Positions 10,302 through 18,928 of a DNA stretch of 64,000 nucleotides are shown here, piece by piece. The DNA comes from an uncultured virus (IMG/VR IMGVR_UViG_3300022924_000206) (Duplodnaviria > Heunggongvirae > Uroviricota > Caudoviricetes). Below the pieces are notes generated by a model. That model searched no databases, was not told where the DNA came from, and saw only the letters and a program-made list of their open reading frames with translations. The stretch's first letter is position 1. Each line of letters begins with the position of its first letter. The position numbers and the translations under genes were made by a program. The stretch lies in IMG/VR virus record IMGVR_UViG_3300022924_000206; one strand, given 5' to 3'.

Positions 10302-10580
10302 TTGAAAGGAGTACCGATGATTCAGCTTCCCACCCTTTGTGGAACACGAGAAAGTGCAGCTCAGTTGTTCACCGGTATCTCCAACGAAGACTCGCCATTA
10401 ATCTCTTTAATCGGTGTCCAAGCAACAGCTCAAGGTTTTGTTGACGAGCTCTGTAAACAGCTCATTGACCGGCGAATCAATGTCGTAACTTTTTTGCAGC
10501 CAAGCGAAAAGTTCCTTGAGTACTTTATGAGAGCTCATCGACTTCGCTCCGCTAAATTCTCGGTCTCCTGGCGGGACTGA
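10302..10580 (+). CDS. STAS-like (DUF4325-like) protein
   Basis: GTRESA...GVQATAQGFVDEL pattern; likely ATG start near 10317. Confidence 0.6.
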   Translation: MKGVPMIQLPTLCGTRESAAQLFTGISNEDSPLISLIGVQATAQGFVDELCKQLIDRRINVVTFLQPSEKFLEYFMRAHRLRSAKFSVSWRD

Positions 10581-10583
10581 CTT

Positions 10584-10769
10584 ACCTCTTTAGCTCAAAC
10601 GGAAGAGCGGCCCGAAAACGATGGGGCGTCATTTCAGGAACGTTGCGGATGCACCGGGATCGAGCCAGCTGCTCAAAAGGTAGCTGGTTGGGGAACCTTA
10701 GCCCTCGACAGGGAAGCGCGTTTTCGAAGCCTGGATACTTAGGTGTGGGTTCAAGTCCCATGAGGGGTA
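10584..10769 (+). ncRNA. 186-nt expanded tRNA-like RNA
   Basis: ACCTCTT/GAGGGGT acceptor, D arm, T arm; insert closed by CGAAAACG/CGTTTTCG. Confidence 0.6.
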
Positions 10770-10952
10770 CGGATTATGGGGCGACCAAGGGATGGAAGAA
10801 AGCCTTACCTTAGAGTAAAGCACTCTCGGTTCGATGCCGGGGTAATCCACGTAGTAAGCCTCTAGCTTTTCCGGCATTGCGTCCGGCGGACTGGTGAACC
10901 GAGCGTTAGAGAGAGCCCGCAGTCAATCCTACTGTCTACAAATGGATAACAA

Positions 10953-11089
10953 GCCGCCTTAGCTCAGTGGTAGAGCACTTCCTTGGTTTCCTCGAAAGAG
11001 GATAAGGCAAGGCCTTAGTTTGGTTAACAGAATAAACGCTGTTAGCCTTGCTAAGGAAGAGGTCGTGGGTTCAAGTCCCACAGGTGGCT
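10953..11089 (+). tRNA. tRNA-Thr(GGU) with 65-nt insertion in the anticodon loop
   Basis: Removing 10987-11051 gives a canonical 72-nt tRNA with CTTCC-TTGGTAA-GGAAG arm. Confidence 0.8.
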
Positions 11090-11142
11090 CGGGGTTTGTT
11101 TGCACATTTCATCCAGCGTCGTCAAAGCAAAATGTGCGTTTC

Positions 11143-11216
11143 GCCACCTTAGCTCAGCCTGGCAGAGCAGCTAACTAGTAATTAGCAGGTCATCAGTTCA
11201 AATCTGATAGGTGGCT
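11143..11216 (+). tRNA. tRNA-Thr(AGU)
   Basis: Cloverleaf, loop CTAGTAA. Confidence 0.9.
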
Positions 11217-11217
11217 C

Positions 11218-11291
11218 CGCGGGGTAGACCGGAGGCGGTTCCGGCCTGGCCTCATAAGCCAAGTACGAGGGTTCGATTCCCTCTCCCGCAA
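11218..11291 (+). tRNA. tRNA-Met(CAU), C1:A72 mismatch
   Basis: Loop CTCATAA, atypical D arm. Confidence 0.8.
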
Positions 11292-11498
11292 CTCGTCGGC
11301 ACCTCCGACTTTGGTAGTTAGGCACCTAAGATAAGAACCTAGCATGGTGGCTCCCATTGAAAGAGCAGGGAAGCACCTCCCGTAAAATTGTGTATACCTC
11401 GGCGGGAGAGCTCGTGTTAGAGGATGCGAACGGTGCGTGCAAGTGCTTCGAAGAGGTTCGAAAAGTCTTGCTACACTTTCTTTTAGGGATAGGAAAAT

Positions 11499-11798
11499 AT
11501 GAGCGCCAGTAAGATTGATGTTTTAGTCTTTTCCTTTGAGCAGGATTATGGCTCTCGTGAAGATTGTTCGGTGTTCTATTGCCGACCGCTCGTTGTACTC
11601 GCGCCTGAATCAGAGCGAGCATCTATCAAAAAGATTATTGAAGACACCATTGAATTTGAATCGAAGCCATCTGAATGGGTACCTGAAGCAGGAACCTACA
11701 ATGAAGAATTCGATGATGAAGCTCTTCTCCAAAACATCCTTGCAGCCGGTTATCCAGCTGCATGGAGTGGAATCGACTCTTATGTAAATGAAGGTTGA
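11499..11798 (+). CDS. hypothetical acidic protein
   Basis: AGGA RBS, 99-aa ORF. Confidence 0.7.
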   Translation: MSASKIDVLVFSFEQDYGSREDCSVFYCRPLVVLAPESERASIKKIIEDTIEFESKPSEWVPEAGTYNEEFDDEALLQNILAAGYPAAWSGIDSYVNEG

Positions 11799-11846
11799 TT
11801 CTTGTAATACCCAGGTGAGGTTTATAGCGAACGCTCCTCACCGCCT

Positions 11847-11919
11847 GGGGCCTTAACTCAGTTGGTAGAGTGCCTGCTTTGCAAGCAGGATGTCAGGAGT
11901 TCGAATCTCCTAGGCTCCA
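11847..11919 (+). tRNA. tRNA-Ala(UGC)
   Basis: Cloverleaf, G3:U70, loop TTTGCAA. Confidence 0.95.
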
Positions 11920-12065
11920 CGCTTTATAGCACGGAGAGCTTTCCAGGCTCTCGATTCGAGGCAATGGCCGTGCTCACCCTCGTACTGCACTTCTTTCATG
12001 CTGGAAACATGATGCAGATAAAGTACCCGGCGGTGGAATGTCAGGAAGTTCTCTCCATTGCCCCA

Positions 12066-12140
12066 GATGTTGTAGCTCAATTGGTTAGAGCGCCCGGCCG
12101 AATTGCTGGGTTGTTGTAGGTTCGAGTCCTGCCAATGTCA
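12066..12140 (+). tRNA. atypical tRNA-like RNA (6-bp stem, loop CGAATT)
   Basis: Normal D and T arms, non-canonical anticodon loop. Confidence 0.5.
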
Positions 12141-12294
12141 CGATAACACCGCGATCTAGAACAGATCGCGCCCGTATGAGGGTTATTGCGACCCTCCCCT
12201 TGCCTTAGAGGGAACGGACAGCGAGAGCTGATTCAGAGAAGGGATTCTCTGGTGCTACCTCGGTAGTAAGAAGAGGTTTGGTGTGTTATCACAT

Positions 12295-12366
12295 TGAGGT
12301 ATAGTGTAATTGGCAGCACGAGAGATTCTGATCCTCTTAGTCTTGGTTCGAGTCCAGGTACCTCAG
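12295..12366 (+). tRNA. tRNA-Gln(CUG), second copy
   Basis: Cloverleaf, loop TTCTGAT. Confidence 0.9.
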
Positions 12367-12527
12367 CGACTATCCGCCCTTCACCGGGTAGAGCCTCATA
12401 TTTCGTATGGTCCGTTAGGGGTGAAATAAGACTCGTCCCGAAGCCAGCCGTAGAACCCAAGGGGCCGTTGACGATTCGGAAACGAAGAGTCGCGGGGGAT
12501 CACTGAGGTTGTCTTTCGGATAGGCAT

Positions 12528-12600
12528 GGCCCGTTAGTTTAGTTGGTAGAACGCAAGGTTCTCAACCTTGAGGTCGCCGGTTCAAGTCCGGTACGGGTCA
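12528..12600 (+). tRNA. tRNA-Glu(CUC), second copy
   Basis: Cloverleaf, loop TTCTCAA. Confidence 0.88.
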
Positions 12601-12647
12601 CGAACGATAGCTCTAAGCTCATCGTTTTCAGTAGTAAAATTTTCTAG

Positions 12648-12720
12648 GGCCCCATCGTTTAGTGGCCTAGGACGCAAGGCTTTCATCCTTGTAGCACGGG
12701 TTCGAATCCCGTTGGGGTCA
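12648..12720 (+). tRNA. tRNA-Glu(UUC)
   Basis: Cloverleaf, loop CTTTCAT. Confidence 0.93.
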
Positions 12721-12771
12721 CGGCTGGTAAAGCTCATTTTAAGCTTTTTGCTTATTCTGGATAAATAAAAT

Positions 12772-12843
12772 GGCTCCTTAGCTCAATGGTAGAGCAGTGC
12801 GTTGTCTGCGCGAAGGTCGCGGGTTCGAATCCCGTAGGGGTCG
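12772..12843 (+). tRNA. tRNA-Asp(GUC), atypical loop
   Basis: Loop TTGTCTG (U at 37), G73. Confidence 0.75.
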
Positions 12844-12917
12844 CAGTGAGATTAGACACAATTGAGAAGATCAGCGATTGCAGTTGCGGATTAGGTAAAT
12901 TGAAAGTTGAAATCATA

Positions 12918-13028
12918 GTAGCGATGGTGAAATTATCACAGTCTAAAACGCGAAATCAAAAGTAGTCTGCAAACTCTTTGACTAGCGGGATGACCATTCA
13001 GTTACGGGTTCAAGTCCCGTTTGCTATG
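12918..13028 (+). ncRNA. 111-nt expanded tRNA-like RNA
   Basis: GTAGCGA/TTGCTAT acceptor, short D arm, T arm ACGGGTTCAAGTCCCGT. Confidence 0.45.
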
Positions 13029-13031
13029 CAT

Positions 13032-13105
13032 GGCCCTATAGCTCAGTTGGTTAGAGCGCTACCCTGTCACGGTAGAGGTCGCCGGTTCAAGTCCGGTTGG
13101 GGTCG
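13032..13105 (+). tRNA. tRNA-Asp(GUC)
   Basis: Cloverleaf, loop CTGTCAC. Confidence 0.95.
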
Positions 13106-13335
13106 CAAAGTTAGAGAGCAATCGCTAGCTTTACATGATTTAGATAAACTGCTGGGTTTTGCAGAGCGAGCCATAGGGCTCGTGGGCTTGATCACCTAGA
13201 GGTTCAAATCCTCGTCCAAATCCGAAGAGAATGCTGAAGGTGCACCTTTCATCATTTGAATCCGCTTTTTATGCTCGAGATGAGTGGCGCAAGTTAACAC
13301 GTCACAAACTAAGAGCCAGTCTTGCGTTACAAGAC

Positions 13336-13405
13336 TCAATAGTAGCATATTCGGCAAATGCGCCTTCGAAAGAGGAGACTACGGGTTCGATTCCCGTCTA
13401 TTGAA
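13336..13405 (+). ncRNA. tRNA-like RNA with GAAA-capped anticodon arm
   Basis: TCAATAG/CTATTGA acceptor, D and T arms, CCTTCGAAAGAGG arm. Confidence 0.5.
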
Positions 13406-13524
13406 CGGTTACTGCGGTAACTTAGTGGTAAGATAACTTCACCGCTAAAAACTCTTACGAGAGGACAGAGAAATGACAGGATACGATTAACCTTCCTTAA
13501 CTGACATAGTTAAGGAGGTGAAAT

Positions 13525-13743
13525 ATGTTCATCAAAACAAATAAAAAGACCAAGAAGTATCCTGGTCTAGACAGCTCTCCCTGGAGAGTCGTCACCTACT
13601 CAGGACAAGAGTTAGGTCGCTATGAAACATTCAAAGATGAGAAGACTAAAAAGGTCTCTAGAGTCTGGATGATTCGCTGGAGCGGCTTCCGAACTGCAAA
13701 CGCTGCAGCTCGAGCTCTTGGAGGAGTAGCTGTCCGAGCGTAA
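13525..13743 (+). CDS. small basic hypothetical protein
   Basis: Strong AAGGAGGT RBS. Confidence 0.75.
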   Translation: MFIKTNKKTKKYPGLDSSPWRVVTYSGQELGRYETFKDEKTKKVSRVWMIRWSGFRTANAAARALGGVAVRA

Positions 13744-13991
13744 ACCGCGAGGATTTGCAAATCGCTACTAATAAAAAGTCGTAATGCGGTTCAGTGTTCT
13801 GCAATCCCGTGAGGCAGGACTACAAACTTCCAGTCAGTGTGTACAGCTGATTGAATCCCACCGAACGAGTCTGAAGTGGTTAAACTAAGGTGAAAGAGGC
13901 TACGGTGTCTGGGTCGCTTATACCAGAACGTGAATGGTCAACCTACGCAAGCTGGTGACTCCTTTGCCGCGCCGGGTTAGCGTGCGGTTAC

Positions 13992-14062
13992 GGCTTTCTA
14001 GCTCAAATGCAGAGCGACCGGGGTGATCCGGAGGGTTCTTGGTTCAAATCCAAGGGAAGCCA
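13992..14062 (+). tRNA. atypical tRNA-like RNA (6-nt loop GGTGAT)
   Basis: GGCTTTC/GGAAGCC acceptor, D and T arms. Confidence 0.5.
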
Positions 14063-14078
14063 CATGATATTAAAAACC

Positions 14079-14453
14079 ATGGCAAAAGACAAACACAACT
14101 ATGATAGTTGGTCAGATGAAGACATTGAAAGATGGCTAAAACATCATCAGACCGACAGAGGTAATTTGTCGTTCAGCCGCATCGGACCCTATTCCACTTG
14201 GCCCGATGTAATTTTCGGACTCATGATAGCTCTTTTTATCATCGTCGGTTTAGGTATCACTTTGTTCTTCTGGGCAGCTGATTCTCTTTGGTCAATGGAG
14301 CAAATTTTAACTCTGCTCTACTTTGATTCATGGCCTTTTCTTGCGGCTGTAGTTTTTGGCCTCTATACCATAGGACATAGAGTTGAGGATATTAGTAAGT
14401 ATCACGGCCTAAAGAAAGTCCAAAAATCACGTCTAAGGATAGCAAATGCCTAA
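14079..14453 (+). CDS. two-TM membrane protein
   Basis: Two hydrophobic segments; start moved downstream of the tRNA-like element. Confidence 0.7.
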   Translation: MAKDKHNYDSWSDEDIERWLKHHQTDRGNLSFSRIGPYSTWPDVIFGLMIALFIIVGLGITLFFWAADSLWSMEQILTLLYFDSWPFLAAVVFGLYTIGHRVEDISKYHGLKKVQKSRLRIANA

Positions 14454-14712
14454 CGATCCCCTTAACATCGGTCTAACACCGACTAAGGAAGAACGTCACT
14501 CGATTTATCGTGAAGGTAAAGTTTTAGTAGTGACTTTCGAAACCGAAAATGAACACATCTGTTACGCTTTAGATGACTCTGGCACAGTATGGGATTTTTG
14601 TTCCATCGGTGATGCCGGAATCGTGAACTTTCAAGATGAGCTCTCTGAAGATGAGATAACAGTCGCACTGGGTGTTTTGGAAGATTTCAGAATCACTTTA
14701 GAGAATTCCTAA
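14446..14712 (+). CDS. hypothetical protein
   Basis: Overlaps upstream stop, AAGGA RBS. Confidence 0.7.
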   Translation: MPNDPLNIGLTPTKEERHSIYREGKVLVVTFETENEHICYALDDSGTVWDFCSIGDAGIVNFQDELSEDEITVALGVLEDFRITLENS

Positions 14713-14722
14713 GAGTCCACCT

Positions 14723-14806
14723 GGAAGGTAGGCGAATGGTTAGCAAGCCGCCTCGAAAGCGGTCGCCGGCGAGAGTCGGTTGCGGGTTCGACCCCCGTGC
14801 CTTCCG
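14723..14806 (+). tRNA. tRNA-Ser(CGA)
   Basis: Loop CTCGAAA, long variable arm. Confidence 0.92.
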
Positions 14807-14920
14807 CATAACTAAATAAGCTACTATTCAGAAGCTGAATTATATAATTCAAAATTTGAATAGGTTGAATGCAGATAAGATCGCCCCGATTATCTGGTTC
14901 CATAAGTACCAGGGGTTCAT

Positions 14921-15004
14921 GGTGCCTTGGCCGAGTGGTTAGGCGACGGTCTGCAAAACCGTTAGTAGGGAAACCTCACACGGGTTCGAATCCCGTAGGC
15001 ACCT
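14921..15004 (+). tRNA. tRNA-Cys(GCA) with long variable arm
   Basis: Loop CTGCAAA, U73, extra AGG-GAAA-CCT hairpin. Confidence 0.88.
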
Positions 15005-15018
15005 CGCAACACTTTTAT

Positions 15019-15101
15019 GGCGTCTTGGCCGAGAGGATAGGCACCGGCCTGCAAAGCCGTACGGAGGAAACTCCACACCGGTTCGAATCCGGTAGGCGCC
15101 T
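15019..15101 (+). tRNA. tRNA-Cys(GCA) with long variable arm, second copy
   Basis: Loop CTGCAAA, U73, extra GGAG-GAAA-CTCC hairpin. Confidence 0.88.
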
Positions 15102-15351
15102 CACACGAAAATCATTAATTTGGAGTTTGACATGGCCGAAAGAATGTACGGAAAAATTCACGGACCTCAGTGCGATTGCAACATTGAGCAACATGTATCA
15201 GGCGCTACCGAAAAGTGTAACAAGCGTTACGGAATAAAGCGACAGCGATCCATCGAGAAGATGAAGCTAAAGAAAGAAATTCGTACCTCCGTTCGATAAA
15301 TATTACAACTCGTGATTAGAGTTGATAGTATACAACATAATTAAAAACAAT

Positions 15352-15424
15352 GCGAAAATAGCTCAGTTGGTAGAGTGCGACCTTGCCAAGGTCGATGTCG
15401 CGGGTTCGAGTCCCGTTTTTCGCT
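15352..15424 (+). tRNA. tRNA-Gly(GCC), second copy
   Basis: Cloverleaf, loop TTGCCAA. Confidence 0.95.
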
Positions 15425-15507
15425 CACGGAGTAGAGCAGTTAGGTAGCTCGCTGGGCCCATAACCCAGAGGTCGCACAAAGTGGTTCAAATCCCGCCTCC
15501 GTAACCA
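15425..15507 (+). tRNA. initiator-like tRNA-Met(CAU) with bulged T stem
   Basis: C1:A72, CTGGG-CCCATAA-CCCAG, CCA encoded. Confidence 0.7.
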
Positions 15508-15644
15508 AGTAGTTTACAGCAATGTCCACAGCCCCAACTTGCTGACGCCCTCGGGCGGAACTTAAGCCTGAGGCCGCAATCTCAGGAGTAGCGGAAACGG
15601 CGTTCATCGTCCAAAGATGAGTAGCGCCTAACTAAGGGCCGCCA

Positions 15645-15717
15645 GCGAAAATAACTCAGTTGGTAGAGTGCAACCTTCCCAAGGTTGATGCCGCGGGTTC
15701 GAGCCCCGTTTTTCGCT
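15645..15717 (+). tRNA. tRNA-Gly(CCC)
   Basis: Cloverleaf, loop TTCCCAA. Confidence 0.95.
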
Positions 15718-15764
15718 CATTAGAAATAGTTTGAACGGCTTAAACTAATCTAAGAGGTAAAATT

Positions 15765-16259
15765 ATGGCTAAGTATCACGTAAATCCACTCACGGGAGAC
15801 GCTAGACCTTGTAAAGCTGCTTATTCCCCTTGCCCTTACGGTTCGAGAGTGACTCACTTTGATTCAAAAGCTGCAGCTGAAGAATTTTATGCTGAGGCAA
15901 GGAACGATTCGACTAAATTTCTTTATGAAAAAGAACCCGGGCGTGTAAAACCTATTCGTGATGGATATCTTCAAGGAAAAATGCACCCTACTGATTTTCG
16001 AGTAGGGGACATTATCCGGGATAAGGTCACTTACGGAAACACAACTAATTGGAGCTTTAGGGAGATCACTGCAGTTTCCCATAGCGAACATGGAGTGACT
16101 GTTACTCAACAGGTTATTTCAGAATATGATTGGAAGCCTACGGATTTCCAAAAAGAAAGACAGCCTAACGGTTATACATCTTCATTTCCGAATAACAATG
16201 ATAAAGCAACTGGGCTTCGATTTATTTTAAGAGAAAAACCAGCTGGGTGGAAAGCCTAG
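15765..16259 (+). CDS. HCCH-module family protein
   Basis: N-terminus YHVNPLTG...CKA...CPYG...HF. Confidence 0.8.
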   Translation: MAKYHVNPLTGDARPCKAAYSPCPYGSRVTHFDSKAAAEEFYAEARNDSTKFLYEKEPGRVKPIRDGYLQGKMHPTDFRVGDIIRDKVTYGNTTNWSFREITAVSHSEHGVTVTQQVISEYDWKPTDFQKERQPNGYTSSFPNNNDKATGLRFILREKPAGWKA

Positions 16260-16265
16260 AAAAAT

Positions 16266-16370
16266 ACAGAAATAGCTCAATGGTAGAGCACGGCCACTAA
16301 GGCCGGGTATAAGCAAGATATAGTGTTGCAAATCACTTTAAAAGCGCAGGTTCGATTCCTGTTTTCTGTA
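16266..16370 (+). ncRNA. tRNA-like RNA, 5-nt loop centred on CUA, long variable region
   Basis: ACAGAAA/TTTCTGT acceptor, CGGCC-ACTAA-GGCCG arm, T arm. Confidence 0.55.
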
Positions 16371-16498
16371 CGGTGAAGAGTTGTAAGTATACCTGAAGAG
16401 ACGCCTAGGGAACTTTCCGAAACATGAGGGACAGATTGCAAGCTGTTTCTGCGTGAGGCTCAGGCCGCATTTAGTACTCTATGTGCCTGAACCGTCAT

Positions 16499-16572
16499 GG
16501 GTATATAGTTCAGTTGGTTAGAGCACTTCGCTGATAACGAAGAAGTCGGTGGTTCAAGTCCACCTATACCCA
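16499..16572 (+). tRNA. tRNA-Ile(GAU)
   Basis: Cloverleaf, loop CTGATAA. Confidence 0.95.
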
Positions 16573-16573
16573 C

Positions 16574-16645
16574 GCTTCCATAGCTCAATGGTAGAGCAGG
16601 ACATTCTAAACGTTCGTGTTCTCGGTTCGAGTCCGGGTGGAGGCG
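16574..16645 (+). tRNA. amber suppressor tRNA (CUA)
   Basis: Canonical spacing puts CTA at 34-36 in loop TTCTAAA; A31-C39 mismatch. Confidence 0.8.
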
Positions 16646-16650
16646 CTTAT

Positions 16651-16722
16651 GCACCTGTGGCGCAGTGGTAGCGCGCTTCCTTGACATGGAAGAGGTCGGC
16701 AGTTCGAACCTGCCCAGGTGCA
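16651..16722 (+). tRNA. tRNA-Val(GAC)
   Basis: Cloverleaf, loop TTGACAT. Confidence 0.95.
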
Positions 16723-17010
16723 CGGCGTTACCAGTAGAACGCGCCGGGGCCACTACGAAGGTTCTCTAACATCGGCTGATGAAGGCATTAATCATGGGTT
16801 CGTAGCTCATCTTTTGCTGGAAATTCTGGAAAAACCGGATTGGTATCCGGGGTAAGAAGTGGAGTTCGAGTCTCCGAGACGTTCGGTTCGATCCCGGGCG
16901 ACGAGCGTAGGAACGCACTTACCACATGGGCTGTGGTCAACCAGGGTGTAGGTTGCTAGCCGAGCGAAGCTGGTTCGAGTCCAGTACAGTCCACACCGCG
17001 GACGGTAACC

Positions 17011-17232
17011 GAAGAGGAAGCCGGTCATCAACGAATCAGTACGGGCTTGCCGTGGGCTTGAGGCTGATCGTAGCAGTTTTAGCCGACGTTACAGGCAAAA
17101 ACCGAGGGTTGCGTCTCGATAACGCTCCTGTTTAGGCAGCTTGGGCATCTGGAGAGTCCAAGGTTTTAGCTTCGGCTATCTCGCGGAACCTGCCAAGAGT
17201 TCCGCTTGTGGGTTCGAACCCCATCCTTTTCA
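17011..17232 (+). ncRNA. 222-nt RNA closed by acceptor-like stem and T arm
   Basis: GAAGAGG/CCTTTTC + A, T arm GTGGGTTCGAACCCCAT. Confidence 0.4.
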
Positions 17233-17446
17233 CAGTCATTGTAAGACCGTTCGATTCGGTCGCTGGTTGAAGTGAGCTCGGGTTTCTTCCTCCAGTGTTT
17301 GGCACTGAGGCGGTTCGAGTCCGCAACTATACCGAGCTAGTAAGGGTATCCTCAATAGGTCGCGCAACCGCAATGACTCAAGCCGTCGTATCTTTCTGAG
17401 ATAAGCTTATTTCATAAGCTGTTAGTTCGCTCTAGCCGACGGCACC

Positions 17447-17672
17447 GATGTTAGGAGGTTGGCCTAGAAGCAGCCATCCTTTAAAGAGTCGCGAGTGGGA
17501 AATCGTTGGCAAAGGCCCACACCTAGAGCTTCGGGGTAAGTTCCCTCGAAGGAATGCCAAATAGCGAGTAACAGAGGCGTGCCAACAAATCTGTGAAATG
17601 TAACGAGTGTAAGGACCGCTCGGCTTGGATATACTTGGGTTAGAGCGTTTAGCGTAATAGCACACTACCATC
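17447..17672 (+). ncRNA. 23S rRNA H43/H44 (GTPase-associated centre) mimic with insert, copy 1
   Basis: AGGAGGTTGGCCTAGAAGCAGCCATCCTTTAAAGAGT + 162 nt + GCGTAATAGCACACT, closed by GATG/CATC. Confidence 0.75.
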
Positions 17673-17849
17673 AATCTTTCGAAGATCTTCGGATGCTTCT
17701 AAGACTCAAAGTCTAAGAAAGAACAAGAGGCGTGCCTGAAGCGCCCGTCCCGCTTTCCATACCATTCATATTGGAGATAGTGCGGGTAGGATAGGTGTAG
17801 TGAAGAATGGGATCTACACTGGCCAGGCATATTTTTGTAAGGAGCATGA

Positions 17850-18017
17850 TTGTTACTAACCACAGAAGAAATAAAAATTTTAGATGATTCAATTCTAGAT
17901 TGGGACGAAAGAAACCCCACGAAGTTGTGTCTTTTCCCTGGCTGTGAAAATGCTCATAAAGCTAGAGGCCTTTGCTCAAGTCACTATAGTAAAGCTCGCT
18001 CACTGGGCTTCGTTTGA
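17850..18017 (+). CDS. small Cys/His zinc-finger-like protein (not in ORF track)
   Basis: AAGGAG RBS, TTG start, 55 aa with CLFPGC...ARGLCSSHY. Confidence 0.6.
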   Translation: MLLTTEEIKILDDSILDWDERNPTKLCLFPGCENAHKARGLCSSHYSKARSLGFV

Positions 18018-18050
18018 AATTTTAGTAATGACAAAATCAAAGGGAATCAT

Positions 18051-18593
18051 ATGAGACTTTGGACACTTCAACCAAATGAAGTAGCTGAAAAACTACTTGC
18101 AGGTGAAACTTTCATTTGTGATCCTAAACTCTCATCTTTTGCCGATGATGAAGCTTTCAATAATGCTTATGAGTGGCTCGTTGAGCGAATGGAGTTAAAA
18201 ACTCCTAAACCAGAAAATGTAACTTGGCCAGTTTGGGCTTGGCATACTAATTATGGGGCTCAAATGAAGCCGGATCGTCGTAGACAAATGTATAGCTCCT
18301 ACGATCAATTAGATGCAATCTTAGAAATCGAAATACCGGACGATGAAGTCATTCTTTCAGATTTCGATGATTGGCACTGCGTACTCAATAATTTTGCCAT
18401 AATGAGCGATGAAGAGTACGAGAACTGGGAAGAGAAAGATAAATGGGATTGCCCTGTCTACACCGATGAGTACAAGCTCAACTCCTGGGAAAAAGTTTTT
18501 AGAAGTGATGGAGAGTTCGTTCAAGCATGTTTTTGGATGATAAAACCGGAACACTTAGTTAAAGTACACAAGCTTAGGAAGAGGTCACAATGA
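18051..18593 (+). CDS. DUF3841-like protein
   Basis: LWTLQ, AYEWL, PVWAW, LSDFDDWHCVLN, QACFW motifs. Confidence 0.75.
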   Translation: MRLWTLQPNEVAEKLLAGETFICDPKLSSFADDEAFNNAYEWLVERMELKTPKPENVTWPVWAWHTNYGAQMKPDRRRQMYSSYDQLDAILEIEIPDDEVILSDFDDWHCVLNNFAIMSDEEYENWEEKDKWDCPVYTDEYKLNSWEKVFRSDGEFVQACFWMIKPEHLVKVHKLRKRSQ

Positions 18594-18928
18594 TTTGTTT
18601 GGCTTGCGGAAAAGATTTACAGGCGGATAGTGTCAATCCTGACACTGAGTATCAGTTTGACAATGCACTTTGGATTGGTTTCTTCGGCGGCTACGGTATG
18701 TTCGTAGACGACATAGATGTATCCTGGGGCGGCGCAGAGAGAACTTTGGCTGGAGCGGCACACGAGGCGGTTATCTGCCACGAGTGTGCTCACGAGCTTT
18801 GTGCCACGGTTCCTTGGATCGAAAAGCTTTTAAAGCCCCTAAAGAGCCACGCTCATACCCTTTCCTTCTGGGAGGCTAATCCCGACCACGAAGGTTGGGA
18901 TAAACCGAAGGAGAAAGACAATGGCTGA
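18590..18928 (+). CDS. hypothetical CxxC-containing protein
   Basis: ATGA overlap, two CxxC pairs. Confidence 0.75.
   Translation: MICLACGKDLQADSVNPDTEYQFDNALWIGFFGGYGMFVDDIDVSWGGAERTLAGAAHEAVICHECAHELCATVPWIEKLLKPLKSHAHTLSFWEANPDHEGWDKPKEKDNG

Noticed and set aside
10987..11051. Group I intron or archaeal BHB intron
   Set aside because: Too short for a group I core; junction does not show 3-4-3 bulge-helix-bulge geometry
274..17920. Dozens of short ORF-track ORFs on both strands across the tRNA array
   Set aside because: They overlap tRNAs or structured RNAs and lack an RBS or protein motifs
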